A stretch of 63,348 nt of DNA, filler included, from Circinaria calcarea (GCA_051942165.1; 9 parts of 9 records of this genome joined end to end with filler, not necessarily neighbours in it), one strand, 5' to 3'. Positions 35,313 to 49,389 are shown, counted from the whole stretch's first letter. Made by a program: numbers and translations. Notes: generated from the sequence alone by a model not told the origin.

Positions 35313-37490
35313 AGGATTCTGGTGGTATTGCTCAGGCGATGGGACCGATGCAGCATACGTAACATTAACTGGTTGCTGAGACTGCTGCTGGGGAGGTCCA
35401 TTTAGGTCTTGGCTTTCATGGTAAAAGGACGTAGCTGTATCACCAGTTGGGGATGTAGGTAATCGATTTGACACATAATTTGAAGGCATAGGCATAGAAG
35501 ACTGCAACGATGGACCTTGATGACCATATATCTGCGCTTGAGGTTCTGGAAAATACTGTGCATCGGGTTGTTGGGTGGGCGACTGAGGGTAAGCCTGATA
35601 TTCTGGAGCTCGTGGTTGACTGTAATCATTTGGTTGTGGATTTTGAAAAGGTTTTCCTTGGGCTGGCCCGATAGGTGCTGCATTCAGTCTCGCGCTCCGA
35701 TCGTAGGTTTGGTAAGGTGAATGAGGCTGCACATACGACTCATGCTCGGATCGAGGATAGGAATATGGTCCCGCAGGTCCACTAGTATTACCAGTATAAA
35801 AGTTCTCGGCTGGTCCATGGGCACTAGCGATGTTGCTTTGAATGTTAGGGTACATATTTGATGATAACCGTGGAGGTTGTGACCCATAGTGGCCAAGATT
35901 ATGTTGGCTGTAAGTACTAGATAGTCGTTCTTCTAGCATACGGTCATAATAGCGGACGACTGTGGACAGTTTGGAATGAAGATCAAGTAAGGTATCTGAT
36001 AATTTGGTCAGCATATAAAATCTAATGCTGTGAAATGTAACTCACCATGTTTGCTCATAGTTTCTCCATAAGTTCTTGCTAGCTTTGGTCTTAGTGCACC
36101 TATACTATCATAGAGTTCTTGGATTTGTGGTTCTCTTAATATCGTCCCTGGCGGTTGATGCTGTAAACGGTCCACCAATGTCGAAAACAGATTTATATTT
36201 TCGGCTTCAACGGGCGTTAATTCGTAGTCATTCTTTGGGAGTACCAATTTAGAGTCCCTGGAGACAGAAGTCTTTGATGATTGCTCTTTTACTGTTTTTG
36301 TGTGTTTCTTCTTTTGCTCCTCCATATCTTGAATAGAGGCAGCAATGGCTGCCATAAGTTCAGTATCCTCCTCATCCTCATGAGACCGGGCAGCTCTTGA
36401 CCTTTCATTTACAGCAGTCGAGATCCGTTTCTGTGAATGACTTTCCGACTGTGGTATACCCCCGGCACCAGAGTGGCTTCTGACCTCTTCAAGACTCATC
36501 TCGAGGGCCTTCTTTAGATCATCGTCAAAGCCATCATCCACCCGTGCATCACGAGGCTGCATAGGATTTCGTGACTTAGTAATCGGGAAACCCCTGATAA
36601 GGGGTCTCTCCATCGAAATAGACCCGAGTTGAGATTTATCCATAATTTTGGCATAACAACCATCGTCAACCCGCACTGGCTGTATGATTCCCAGATGTGG
36701 CAGCGGTATGGATTTGCTGGAGCACTGCGCATCGAATACATTGCCGCAGTTCCTACAATGATGTTTTCGGTTGGTGAAACTGAACGAAGTCCTGCAACGC
36801 ATACAGACATCTGAGTCAATCCACTCAGGGGGCTGCCACGTGTATCAGCATATTTCATCTAACGTGAATGGGGTTCACTCACAGCACTGCTGTCCAGCAT
36901 ACTGCTCGATATCTCAACCCTTGGAGGAAACGAGAATCCTTCCCTCTGTAAGGCTCGGTATGTTTCTCCAACGTAGGACAGATCGCTTCGACCTCTTGAA
37001 GCGCTCTCCCAGGTTTGCACGAGCTCAAGAATCTTATTCTTTACATCGTTATTCACCGCCGCATCACCATACGCCTTCAATATTGATACCAGGTTATCCA
37101 GGAATTCCCTTGAGGCGATCTCGATCAAGAAGTGGGAGCCTCCGTTCTTTACGCAAGTGTCCGTAAGCTGCGGTGAAATGGATTAGCACATCGTGTCGAG
37201 CCCCTGTAGTATAGATTTATTCCGTACCTTCAGGGTAGCTAGCTGTATATTTGGATTCTTGTGCCCCAACCGTCGTTTCAACGATCTCATTGCTTCCCTC
37301 GGCTGAACGCTCTTTGACCGGATCAAATCGGATATTTCCAGATTCAAAGCTATGTCTTCTCTTGGGCCTGGTTAGTATCTCATGTACGTCCTTGGAACGA
37401 AGGGCCCATGCGGAGAACTTACAAGCTCGAAGCTGTAGCCCTCTCAATCTGCTCATCCAGGGCAGAACTTGAAGTAAACCAGCCGGCCAT
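35313..37490 (-). CDS. VPS27: ESCRT-0 subunit Vps27/Hrs (VHS-FYVE-UIMx2-GAT); 3' end truncated
   Basis: [22 protein letters not shown] ([26 protein letters not shown]), [20 protein letters not shown], UIMs [14 protein letters not shown] and [12 protein letters not shown], Pro/Gln-rich tail. Confidence 0.95.
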
Positions 37491-38022
37491 GGCGTCGTCC
37501 TGGTGGATTAGTTCCGTACGTCTTCTTAATCTTGTATCTCTTTAATCCTGTGGGGAATAGTGATGGATTCCAGAACCATTCATGTGCCGAAGTTCTTCTT
37601 GACCTTAAAGATTACCTACGGTCAGAAAAAGTACCTACGTAGTAAGTGTCAAGCCTACCGCCTACCGCCTGATGACCGGGCCTATGGTAGCTCCCGCAGC
37701 GCCACGGCTGCACTAGCCACGGATCAGCCACTGCTACAGAAGCAACAAGAGGAATTACAGATCGCCGAAAAAGAAACGGTCTAATCGTGATTTTCAACTA
37801 GACGCAATATACACGTGGGAGCGGATTACTTGTTTATATTAATGCCCCCCGCAGACAGTTCAGCATCTCCGATGATGAATGACGGAAGCGCCCCTACAGA
37901 AAATCGTCAACAAGTTACCTCGGACATCAGCGCCACACGGAATCCCCGACAACCTTCCTGCAAGTCCTCGCTGAGGGCAGCTTGCCGACCCAAAGGTATA
38001 TAAGATCTGTGAGGGAACAAGG

Positions 38023-41000
38023 ATGAGTGCTGGGTTCTCGTTCCAAGTCCCGACCAATGGGCTTAGTTTTCCCCGGGTCAATGGTTATACGCGTTCGAGT
38101 GCTTCAAGCCCTACGACTTCGAGCCCTACAGTTTCGAGCCGGCCGAGCTGGGGTGGAGGTTATGGCAAATCCAGAAATGTCAATAAAGACGACGCCCCTC
38201 TATCTCAATACCCGCACATCAAAGATCTTGAAGCAAAAGCTCGGGCAGACGTTGGGGTTGACATTAGCTCTACTGTAGGCCGAGCACGTTCCAAGGGCCC
38301 CACCGAGAGAATGATCATGCCATGCGGCTGCTAACCCTTTGGCTTTTGCTCTACAGATGAGTGCCCTGCTCGATCGTGCGGGACAATGTACGAAGAATGC
38401 GAAGGTCAACGTCGAGCTCAAGAGACCGGACAAGGCTTATATCGAATGGCTGATGAGCTCAGATATCATATTGCATATCATACCACTACACAGAGACTAC
38501 CTGGAACTGAACCGCCAGCGTGGAGATCTACTTCAAAAGTACAAACTTCAAACAAAGGTTCGCCCTTATACCTACTTAACCAGCATAACCCCTCTCCGCA
38601 GACTATTCATGGTATATGTGAATATATAGGCTGATTGCATTGTGTATAGCTAAATAACTCCCAGTATGGAATGTTCAGAGACATACGTGATCTCATAGTG
38701 GAAGATAACAGAAGTTCTGGCGTCAAGCCGTCACCTACAAGGAATTCCACCTTACCTTCAAACCATCTTCCCCAAAGCGTTCGGCAACCTAGTCCGCGTC
38801 CCCTGTCAATGCCTGATGCTTTAGATTTCCAGCAAGGTAATGGGTTTTCTGATGACAGAGACAGGCATGGATATCGCCGAGATCCAATGGCTTCGACTTC
38901 TACAACCAAGACATCGAGGCAGCCACCGTTAAAGCAGCCGAGACCGAATGAGACTCGTATTCTTCCAGATACGAACTCAGGACAAGCAGATGTACTTGCC
39001 GAACGGTTTGCGCTGCTTCGTGCCCCACAAACCAACAAGGACATAGCATCGCAGTCCGATTACGGTGGGATCACTGAAATACCTTCACCAGAACCAGAAT
39101 ACGACTCCGAGCCCGCCATCAATCCGTTTACATCACGCTTCCAAAACCAATTCTCGCCTGACCTTCAAAATAGCAGGCCTTCAGGGCCCCGTACTATGCC
39201 TGCATCATTATCGAATCCGCCCCCGCCTCCGCCGAAGATTCCCATTGATACAAGACCAACGGAATCATTTCCAAGGGTTCCTAGCCCTGCCTACAATCCA
39301 GCCAGGAATCTCCAGTCTCCAGCAAGTGTAACGCCTCCTCGTAATACTGCAAGGAGTTTAGCAATGAATGGGGTTAGAACCTCCTATCCAAGTACGACCG
39401 TACTAGCAAACTCCTCCAGTGATCATATTGACAATTCAAAAGAAGACGACACAGGGAGCTACTTCAAGGCAGTTAAGCCTATCTTCGCCGAGCTCCCAAA
39501 CGCGATAGCAATACACGTTGACGAACTATATGATCGTTTACAGACCTCACACGTACTTTTGATCGATGTACGAAGTCGTGAGGAATACGACCAGGGCCAT
39601 ATATTCGCAAAAAACATCTTGTGCATTGAACCGTTGATCCTTCTCCCAGGTGCTTCCGCCGATGATTTAGAGGAGAGGCTGGCTGTATCACCGGAAGCCG
39701 AACAACTACTTTTCGAACGAAGGAATGAGTTTGATCTGGTCGTATACTATGACCAAGGAACAACATCGAATCAATTCTTGGCCGGCCCACCCAGTTATGC
39801 AAGTTCACCTGCACTAAGAACCTTGCACGATACTCTGTACGAGTTCAACTATTACAAGGAGCTTCGACGGCGCCCGGCATTTTTATTAGGTGGTTTAGAC
39901 TCATGGATTGACAAAGTTGGACCCCAGGCTCTGCAAACTTCGAGAACATTAGCCTTGGTTGGTGCGACGCGTCCAAAGCGATCAGCGAGAGTCTCACGTC
40001 CAGCGCTTGGGCGAACGCCTACTGCTAATTTCAACTCAAGTCTGGAAGTTCGCAGGAGGCGATTACTTGGCCATAATCCCTTGGACGCAGAAGAAGAGCG
40101 GGCCTGGCTTGAAAAGGCAAGAAAGGAAGAGGTAGACTCGGCCGATTATCAACACACACAGAGCGATGGTGATACAGATTCGGTCACGTTCCATCCAGAC
40201 GAGCCTATCTCACCACTCGTTCATAGTTACCAGGACTTTTTGAGGAAATTCCCAGAGCCTCAAGCGATACAGCAGTCAATGGTAGGATCAGGTCCAGGTC
40301 CTCCTTCTCAACCTGCTCCGATTCTGCCACCTGTGCCCTCTCGTCCAGCGCCTGCAGTACCTCGTCCAAGCTATCGTGGTGTTTCAGAAGGAGAGTCGCA
40401 GCTCTCACCCGCGTCTCGACAGTCGTCTTCTGCGCGACCTCCGTTATATACATCAAAATCAATGACGAACTACCTCAAACTCCCTAGGACAGGCCTTATC
40501 AACTTTAGTGTTACATGTTACATGAATGCCACGATTCAATGCTTGCTTGCCACGATTCCACTGTCTCAATTCTTCCTCGACAACAGATGGCGCGATTTCA
40601 CACAGAAGAATTGGAAAGGATCTAACGGTGTCATGCCAGAAATATATGCAAACTTAATCCGCAGTCTATGGAAAAACGACGTTCAGGCGGTCCGTCCAAC
40701 CTCACTTCGCAACTTCTGCGCTCGCCTGAACCGTGAGTGGGGCATTGATAGGCAGCAAGATGCCAAGGAATTCTTCGACTTTCTGATTGATTGTCTGCAC
40801 GAAGATCTCAATGTCCACTGGGAACGAAGTCCGCTCCGACAACTGACTGCAGAGGAAGAACTGAATCGAGAGCAAATGCCTATGAACCGAGTGTCCAAAA
40901 CGGAATGGCAGCGTTATAGCCACCGGGAAAGCTCATTCATAGCAGATCATTTTGCTGGTCAGCACGCCAGTCTTTTGCGCTGCACAACATGCCGCAACAC

Positions 41001-41577
41001 TTCGACCACATACGAGGCGTTCTATTCGATCAGCATTGAGATCCCTCGCACGGGACAAGGTGATATCAGAGAATGCTTACGCAGCTACTGTCAGGAAGAA
41101 ATGCTAAGCGGCGATGAGGTGTGGAAATGTCCCCACTGCCGCTGCGAGCGTGAAGCTACAAAGCGTATTATTCTCACGCGGCTTCCCAAAGTTCTGGTCA
41201 TCCACTTTAAACGATTCTCGGCGTCCAAAACCGAAACGGCCAGGAAAATCCACACACCTATCGACTTTCCGCTTTACGGACTAAACATGGGACCTTATAT
41301 GGCACCTACACAAATGGAGCCGGCTAAGGATGGCACTATCGACCCGGCCACCACCCCTCCGTTTCAATACGACGCATACGCCGTTATGCGACATTTGGGC
41401 CAGACCGGTAACGGAGGTCATTACATTTCTCTCGTCCGGGACGCCGCCAGAGGCTGCTGGCGCAAGTTCGACGACGAGAGAGCCACTGACTTTGAACCAA
41501 GCAAGTTGCGGCCCGAGCAGCGGCTGCAGAACGAACAGGCGTATATTGTATTCTACGGGCGTTCTGCTGCACGATGA
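38023..41577 (+). CDS. DOA4: Ubiquitin-specific protease Doa4/Ubp4 (rhodanese plus USP domain), multi-exon; start codon uncertain
   Basis: Rhodanese LLIDVRSREEYDQGHI..LLGGLDSW, Cys box GLINFSVTCYMNATIQCL, QQDAKEF, zinc ribbon CTTC/CPHC, His box HLGQTGNGGHYISLV. Confidence 0.93.
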
Positions 41578-42253
41578 GACAGGATGATCGTTGGTTTATT
41601 AAATGACAGTCTGGGACAGGGGCATAGCACGGGTTTATTAGGGTTTAATACATTATAGTCAGGACCATTTAACCAACCATTCATCGGGTTGAGGTTTTTG
41701 AGCCAATCCAAAAAGTGCATGGGAGGGTTGCATTGTGGGAGTGAGTGCATGGGACTTACGGTTTGTTTAATCTCTTGAAGGTGGAGATTTTAGATTCAAT
41801 ATACATACCAGGAGACTATCTTATGTGAATGATAGTCGTAGGCGGGTATACAGCGGGGGAAGGAATCAATCAACCCTCCATTGTGAGGTGAGAGTGGATA
41901 TGGGAATACTTTTTTTTTCATCAAAACCATTTCACTTTCTGATAGTTTCTAAAACCCTTCATCCCTTTTTTCCCCATAATGTACCATATGCAAGTCCCAT
42001 ACCTCCACTCTTCTGCCTCTTTTTCTTTTTCCATTTTTCCTTTTTCCTTTCCCGGTTTCTGAAAACCCAAAACCCAAAAATCAAGCCTCACGCCCCTTTT
42101 TTTCAACAATTCACCAATCCCAATTCACTATAAAACTCCCCAATGTCCGAATCCTCCCTTTTGAAATTTTTTCAAAATAGAATAAGATAGATAGGATAGG
42201 ATAACCAACTTTTTTTTCGAATTTGGTCTGTTTTTTTCTGGGGAGGGGCGGGG

Positions 42254-42353
42254 NNNNNNNNNNNNNNNNNNNNNNNNNNNNNNNNNNNNNNNNNNNNTTA
42301 ATTAATTAANNNNNNNNNNNNNNNNNNNNNNNNNNNNNNNNNNNNNNNNNNNN
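42254..42353. other. Artificial contig spacer
   Basis: Same linker. Confidence 0.99.
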
Positions 42354-42632
42354 GGGGAGGGGGAGGGGAAGAGATCAAGTGTTTGATAGGTGATAGATTT
42401 TTATATATCTATGTGGAAATTTCTACATGTCCGGGCTTTCCGTCCGGGTGCTATCTGGATTGTTTCGCATTTCTCGAGATATAGACCGACTGCACTTTAT
42501 GCCCCCCCCTATGGAGAGATAGATCTTATGCAATGCAATGATTCATACCCTATATGTAATCTATATTCCAAGACAGGTAATCTAGGCAAAACTCAATCGT
42601 CCCTCTTTTCAAGAATCAAAAAAAGCCAGGCT

Positions 42633-44820
42633 TCACCTCAACCCCCTGGGATTCAAAATCCTGGCAAAATACCTCTCCACCTCGTCCACATCTTCCAGGG
42701 AGCCAATATACCCGACATGCTGATCCGGCCGGCAAACGATCAGGCAACCCTCCTTTCTATCAATGCTCCACTTGACATATGCATTGTCAAATCCGTGGTG
42801 ATGCGACACGTCATCGGCAAACACCTTCCAATAATCCCAGCCCAGCTGCTCGTCCCACGGATGGAAGATGTCGGGTAGATCGAGCAGTTCGACCTCGATC
42901 CGCGGGCTGGAATGAATCGTGAGGACCTCGATGACGAAGTCGATTGGTCGGTCCGAGGGAGTGTATCTGTAGAGGAACGATTCCGGCGCAGCGAGCTTGT
43001 TGCCCAGCCGCTTTATACGTTGCGATTGGGAAGGGTCTCTGAGATCGCCTGCGAAGACAAGAATGCGCCATCGGCCGTCACTTTTTAAGGCGTCGGCGAG
43101 CTGGATGAGTCTTGCTTCGGCTTGGTTGATAACTTTGTAGGATGGGAATCGCGCCCCCAGTTTGATGTTCAGCGCGAGGTCTTGCCTCGCAATTAGGTCG
43201 CTGTACCCGCTGGAGTTGCTAATAGGTGAAATCCCTGCGTTGGATTTGGCAACAAGTATGCTATCGCCATAGGTGACACCGACACCGGCGAGAAACCCAT
43301 GTAGCCGCTCCCGCATGGCTCCGAAATCAACGCCACCCTTTCCGTCTACATCGGCCGAGGTGATACCCTTCCCTAGGTTGCGGGAGTAAAAGCGCGAAAT
43401 CTCTCGATCAGCAGCCATAAGGTCGAGAGCGACTTGACGACGCTCGGCGTTGTAGGTACCAAGGATCGAGCGTTGTGCGCTTCCGTCGATGACGGCGCCT
43501 AGTTTCCAGCATAAGTTATATGTGTCTTGCATTGAGACGTTCATGCCTTGGCCCAGCTTAGGAGAGTGAGTATGGACAGCGTCCCCGGCAAGAAAGATCC
43601 TGGTTCCCGAAATTAACAAATTATTGATTCAAGGCCGCAAGCAGAAAGTCATACCTGTCCTCGACGCTGAACTTGGGCGCGATTCGCTGTCCAATCTAAC
43701 AGGATAAGAATTGGGGCTGCGACATTTAATAGGTAAAATCTTACTTGATACAATGACCACCAGTCACAGTACTTATAATCTAGTTTGTAAGGCGTCATTA
43801 TCCTTTGGGCAGCCTCAAGCATTGTTCGGGGTGTTATTTGGGTACGATCGTAGCTGCTGCCTTCATCGCTCAGCTGGATGTAGAGACGATTAAGTCTGTC
43901 TTCACGGGGTACATTGAGGATACTGCCACAAGTCGAGGAGTGAATGGCACATGCTTGACGTATATCGGCTGGAAGATTCGTCAACTTCGTTCCCTTGCCA
44001 ATACGTCAAAAACTTACGGAAATTGGTAAGGGGGATAATATCCATAACCCCCCATATGTGATCTGTTTGCTTGCCTTCTAGACGTAAACCGAGCTGCTGC
44101 CGCGTCCAACTGTGGGCACCATCACATCCAAGCACGTACTTTGCCTTGATAATCTCGACTTGTCCATTTTCCACATCCTCTTGTCCACTTATACCGTCGG
44201 CGGCTTCCTCGAGCCCATTCTGGGTGTGATATGTGGTGTCTTTCACACCATTCGTTTCTGACGCATCTGTGCCATGTCTCGAGTGCCTAACTTTTATAGT
44301 AATCGGGTAGGCATCTTGTTCGTCGATGCAAGAATGATCTAGCTCGAGCTTCTCCGGTACTACACTCCGCTCGACCTTGACTCTCGCGTTGATTTTGAGG
44401 AGATCGACAAAGGTCTGTTCAATTATACCCTGATTGATGCAAACTTGGGTGAACCTGCCAATGCCAACCTTTTGGGATATTACCCTTTGAGACCTTTGTA
44501 TATGCCCCTTGTCGTTAGAAGTCTGTTGGACACGTTAGAATCCAAAGCCCATATGCGTGGATCTCTTTACACACCCAAGTACAAATTTCTATATCATGGA
44601 AGCCTCTCTTCCAGACGTGATCCGCCACTCCAAAACTATCAAAGATCTCCAAAGTCCTGGACTGCAAGCCATCCGCTTGCCCCTTGGCAATTCGGGCGTG
44701 GTTCTTATCGATAATTCGTGTCGAAATCTCGTACTGGCTAGCCCAGGCAGCTGCCATCAAGCCGGCAGGCCCCGCACCAATAATGAGAAGGTCGGTGTAC
44801 GACATCGTTGCGGACGCCAT
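42633..44820 (-). CDS. Phenol 2-monooxygenase-like FAD monooxygenase (PheA/TfdB family), multi-exon
   Basis: IIGAGPAGL, GQADGLQSRTLEIF, LGCDGAHSWTR, FLAGDAVHTHSPKLGQGMNVSMQD, C-terminal dimerisation domain CRPDQHVG. Confidence 0.93.
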
Positions 44821-46004
44821 ATTCGATCGGATGTGAGTCTGAAGTTACCTCAATGGTGTTTCCTCTGGGTAGTTTTGACCAATGTGCCACTGGCCAAGTC
44901 GAAACACTGACACCAGAGACGTGTGCTTAACTTGGAGTACAGCGACATCGATGTACAACTTCATGAGCGCTCAGTCGAGCACCAAGTTCCAGGCCAATCG
45001 CACCGAGTCATGAGGATACATGCTCTTCAAGCACTTGAGTTTCGGCCGCGCTTTCCAAGCTCCGATTCGAAGATTCTTCTGTTCCAGTACAATCTCTTTC
45101 TGCCAGCGACTGCCGCAGACAGCTTGCTGCATCTCGAAGGCACAAGTACCCTCGGCCTTGGTGGGACACAACTGGCTCTGTCGTAGGCGGGGTTGCTGCA
45201 GGGAGGCAGACGAAAGAGGAAAGGGCAATGGCAAGCAGTCTTAAGGAGCTGCTACTTTCTTCCCGAAGCCATATTGCAGTCTACCATAGTAAGAGTCTCA
45301 AGGCTTCCTTAGTCGTATGCACCACTGCAATATATTTCCTAGACGCATCGAGAGCCCAGTAAATTGCAAATGGTGGTTAGCTCACATTACATGAATAGAA
45401 ATACCAATTAGTGGGGATTCACGGGGCTTAAATCCCCGCTAAATTACTTATGCTCTAGCCTCGCTTGAGGGCTTATGGTGGCTCCCTTTAAAGATCGGTG
45501 GCTTCCGGCCCTTTGATAGTCTCCAAGCTCACCATCTGCCAGCTACGGTAGTCTGATACCGCCAACCAGCAAGAATGTAAACGCTGCATCAATTCGATTC
45601 GTCGACGGGAGGAGTTCTTTCCTGTAGGCATGTTCGGAGCGAATTGCCGAAGGGTCGATCTCGCTGCATCTACTTTTTACGATTAGATCTGGCTACGCCG
45701 CTTTCATGGCTGATTCACCAAACTTCGCCATACGTGTATCGCCAGGATGTCAGCTTCGAAGGTGGTGGAGAAAGGCAGCGTTGCCTTTGACTGACTGGTT
45801 GATCGATTGATGGAACGAGTCAATGCACAGCATCCGTGACGCTACGATCGGTGTGGAAAATGGAAGACAATGGTTGCATTCCGTCATACCCGTATCTCTT
45901 ATTGTCCCAATCCAGCATGTCACGTGGATTCTCACTCCTCAAAGAGTGTACCTTTCTCGTCATCTCTTTAGTAGCACCCTCAGCGTTGGGAAAAAAGGGC
46001 AGTC

Positions 46005-47796
46005 ATGGCCAGCATTGAATCAAGTAAAGGAGCCGAGGGTCAGAACTCGGATCGCTCTGGTTCTTTAGGGCACGGCGACAAAGTTTCTATACCAGGCTTT
46101 CGGTTTTATGGAGCTACAGACATAAATTCTGGAGACTCGAATTCTACATTTCGTCCGGAAGCATCCGATATTCCGCCAGCCGACCACGGGATAGGTGCAT
46201 GGCTGTTTCTGTTTGGTGTCTTCTGGTTCGCATTGCACTTCATCTTCTAACCGGCAACACCAACAGCTAACTAAGACAATAGGATCGAGGGACTTGTTTG
46301 GGGTCAGTGGACTCTTTGTTGCAAACGCAGAATAGCGAATCTCAACTCTCTATCTTGTATCAAGCAGGCCGTTTGACTCTTTTTTAGGACTTCCCTACTC
46401 GTACGGTGTATTTGAAAAGTATTATGCCGAACATGAGCCATTCTCCTCTCAGCCCGGCATCGCAGCGATTGGGACCACAGGACTAGTAAGGATCCTACGT
46501 CCTTTCGATGCTGGAAAGTAATTAACAGACCAGCAGGGACTCGCATATTTTATTGCTCCAATTGTCGTTATGGGGTTACAAAGATGGCCCTCCCAGCGGC
46601 GGAATATATCGATCTTTGGCCTGGTTATGATCACCATGGGGCTCCTTGCTGCCTCTTTTACAGATCGTGTCAGTCATCTCATCATCACCCAAGGAGTGAT
46701 TTATGGGATAGGTGGCGCTCTGCTCTATAACCCATTCATCTTCTATCTGGATGAGTGGTTTATCGAACGTAAAGGCCTCGCCTATGGGGTTTTTTGGGCA
46801 GGCACGGGTACTTGCGGTGCGGTTATGCCATTGATCGTGGACTGGGGATTGGACCGATTTGGCGTTCGCACGACGTTGCGAGCTTGGGCTGTGTTTATAG
46901 TATGGGAGCCCTTTTCGTCAAATTGTGTAAGTCAAACGGAGAACTTGCTGGCTAATTGGCGATATCCTTGACTAGTTCTGCACATTAGCTCTCTTGATCT
47001 ATTTTGTCAGGCCACGATTACCCCTTCCAGCCAAAGGAATGACGGCCCCCTTGGAGCTTAGGTTTCTTCGCAGCCCTTTGTTCTGGATCTTCCAGCTGGG
47101 TAACATTGTTGAAGGCTTTGGATATTTCATGCCACAAGTATATCTACCAAGTAAGCGCCTCTGAACAAATAGAACATTCCATCGTCAGCTAGCTGATGCT
47201 CTTTTGCTACAGCGTACTCGGCATCACTAGGGTTCTCCCCATTGACGGCAACACTCAGTCTGTCTTTATTAAATATCGCTTCCACTATCGGCCTAGTGTT
47301 TATTGGCGCACTGATTGATCGTTATCATGTCACGACTGTATTAGTAGTTTCAGCCGTGGGGTCCGCGATATCGGTGTTTTTCATCTGGGGCCTGTTTGTC
47401 GCCGAACCAGCTGTTTACGTGTTCCCTCTCGTGTATGGCGTTTTCGCAGGGGGCTATTCTTCTACGTGGACGGGCTGCGCTACCGAGATACAGAAGCAAT
47501 ATCCAGGGTCGGAGGTAGCTGTGGTCATGGGAATCATGGCGGCAGGCAGGGGCCTGGGTTGTTTGCTAGGTGGGCCTGTTAGTGAGAAGCTGCTCAGCTT
47601 TGGAGTTTGGCGAGGCGCGTTCGCAGGTGCATACGGAACCAAATACGGAAGCCTAATCGTTTTCACGGGAGTCACGACGGTCTTCAGCGGACTTGGCGTG
47701 GCTGGAAGGTATAAGACGCGGAAAGAAAGCGAAATTGACATCGACAGTAGACCAGAGGAAACGGACCCATTGATCAGGCACCAACGAAGATCTTAG
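46005..47796 (+). CDS. MFS transporter, monocarboxylate porter (MCH-like) family, multi-exon
   Basis: PPADHGIGAWLFL, LIITQGVIYGIGGALLYNP..LDEWFIERKGLAYG, multiple TM segments. Confidence 0.9.
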
Positions 47797-48727
47797 AAGC
47801 GGGTAGGATCGAGGCCAGCTAGGCGCTCGAATGAAATCAGGGACTCCGTACCTATACTCGATATTCCCTCAGCCAGTTGCTCGAAAACAAATGGACCGTG
47901 CATGAGCGGGGTGGACCCTGCCCAGATTCGCCGTGCCGACCTTTGGGTGGCCGACCAGTACCAGGTTATGAGGTTTCACCGATTATCGTATGGAGTAACT
48001 TGTGGACGAAAAGAAGCGATCACGACATACAACAAAAGTGCCACGGAGCAGTGATAAGCTACCAGGGTTGTCAGCTTGATGAATTCTTGGCCACTCTTTC
48101 GTGAGCATTCTACTGCACGCTACGAAGGAAGTTCGTCTTTTAGTCTTCCACGATGGGCCATCGAAACATGGTGGGGATTCTCGCCTAATTCTGAAGAGGT
48201 GCGGACCTCCATTATCCTATCCATTCCTCAGCCAGCCCTCTTCCCCCCATTTTCGCCTGGCTTATAGCAACACCCCGGCGGGCGGGGGATGCAGCATCTA
48301 AACTGACTAATGTATGATGGGTGAGAGTAACAATGCCCCAAACCATGCACTCCCAGTGCCTGTGAGATGGATAGCTTCAGGTACGTGTTTTTGGTGGTTG
48401 GAATCGGATCGTCTCTTTTCATCCGGAGCTAAGCTTTTGATTTTGTATTGGGTGATCTTTCCTGCCTGAATGCTATGCAACTTTCCACACCTCATGTACC
48501 TCGGCTTAACAAGCTCCGTCCCATGTTTGTTTACCTTGCGATATGGATTGTTAGTGATACTCGACGGCTTTGCGGTTACTGCGAGTCCCATCGCTTTTAG
48601 GGAATTTTCCAACGATATATAATTCGGTCATGGTTGGTTCGAAGGAACTGAGTTATATTACTACACCCAAGATCTTCTACGTAAGATACAGTTCGTACAA
48701 GAAGAGCCATAAGCTTCAAGAATCAAA

Positions 48728-49289
48728 ATGACCAGAGGAGACACTCAGCACCTAATGGACGAAGATGGAGTCAGTCAACCGCCGGAGAACGGCGTCGAAT
48801 TTGGCATAAGTAGCAGCGGTACTAGCCATTGCAGCGATAGTACCAGCGACGACAGCATAAGCCTCAGCGACAGTGCTGACAGTCCCGGTAATGGCCTCGA
48901 GATCAAAAACGACAACGCCAGTGAAATTATCGATATAAGCGGAGGCCGCCGGGATTCTGCCAACTCCCTTGCAGACTCGATAAGAGGGTGTTTGAGGAAC
49001 AGGAAAGATAGCAGCCTTTGTCGGAGGAGCATCCCTCAATTGCTCCTCTGGGACGAGAATGGTCAAAAGCTTTTCGAAGAGATTACGCAGCTAGAGCAGT
49101 ATTACCTGACCCGCGACGAGATGAAAGCACTCGAGCAACAAAGTGGGAATATAGCTCGAAGGATCAAGCCAGGGTCTTTGGTGATTGATTTGGGAAGTGG
49201 GTAAGTGCTGTATGTCTTAGACCTTATTGTCTGCCCTGCACCAGCCCAGCCTGGATCCCTCGGACCTTCCCAATCCTTTGATTATTCCC
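48728..49289 (+). CDS. SAM-dependent N-methyltransferase of the EgtD/EasF family; exon 1 only (48728-49200), gene truncated by the contig edge
   Basis: IIDI..RSIPQLLLWDENGQKLFEEITQLEQYYLTRDE..LVIDLGSG followed by a GTAAGT donor at 49201. Confidence 0.85.
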
Positions 49290-49389
49290 NNNNNNNNNNN
49301 NNNNNNNNNNNNNNNNNNNNNNNNNNNNNNNNNTTAATTAATTAANNNNNNNNNNNNNNNNNNNNNNNNNNNNNNNNNNNNNNNNNNNN
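49290..49389. other. Artificial contig spacer
   Basis: Same linker. Confidence 0.99.
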
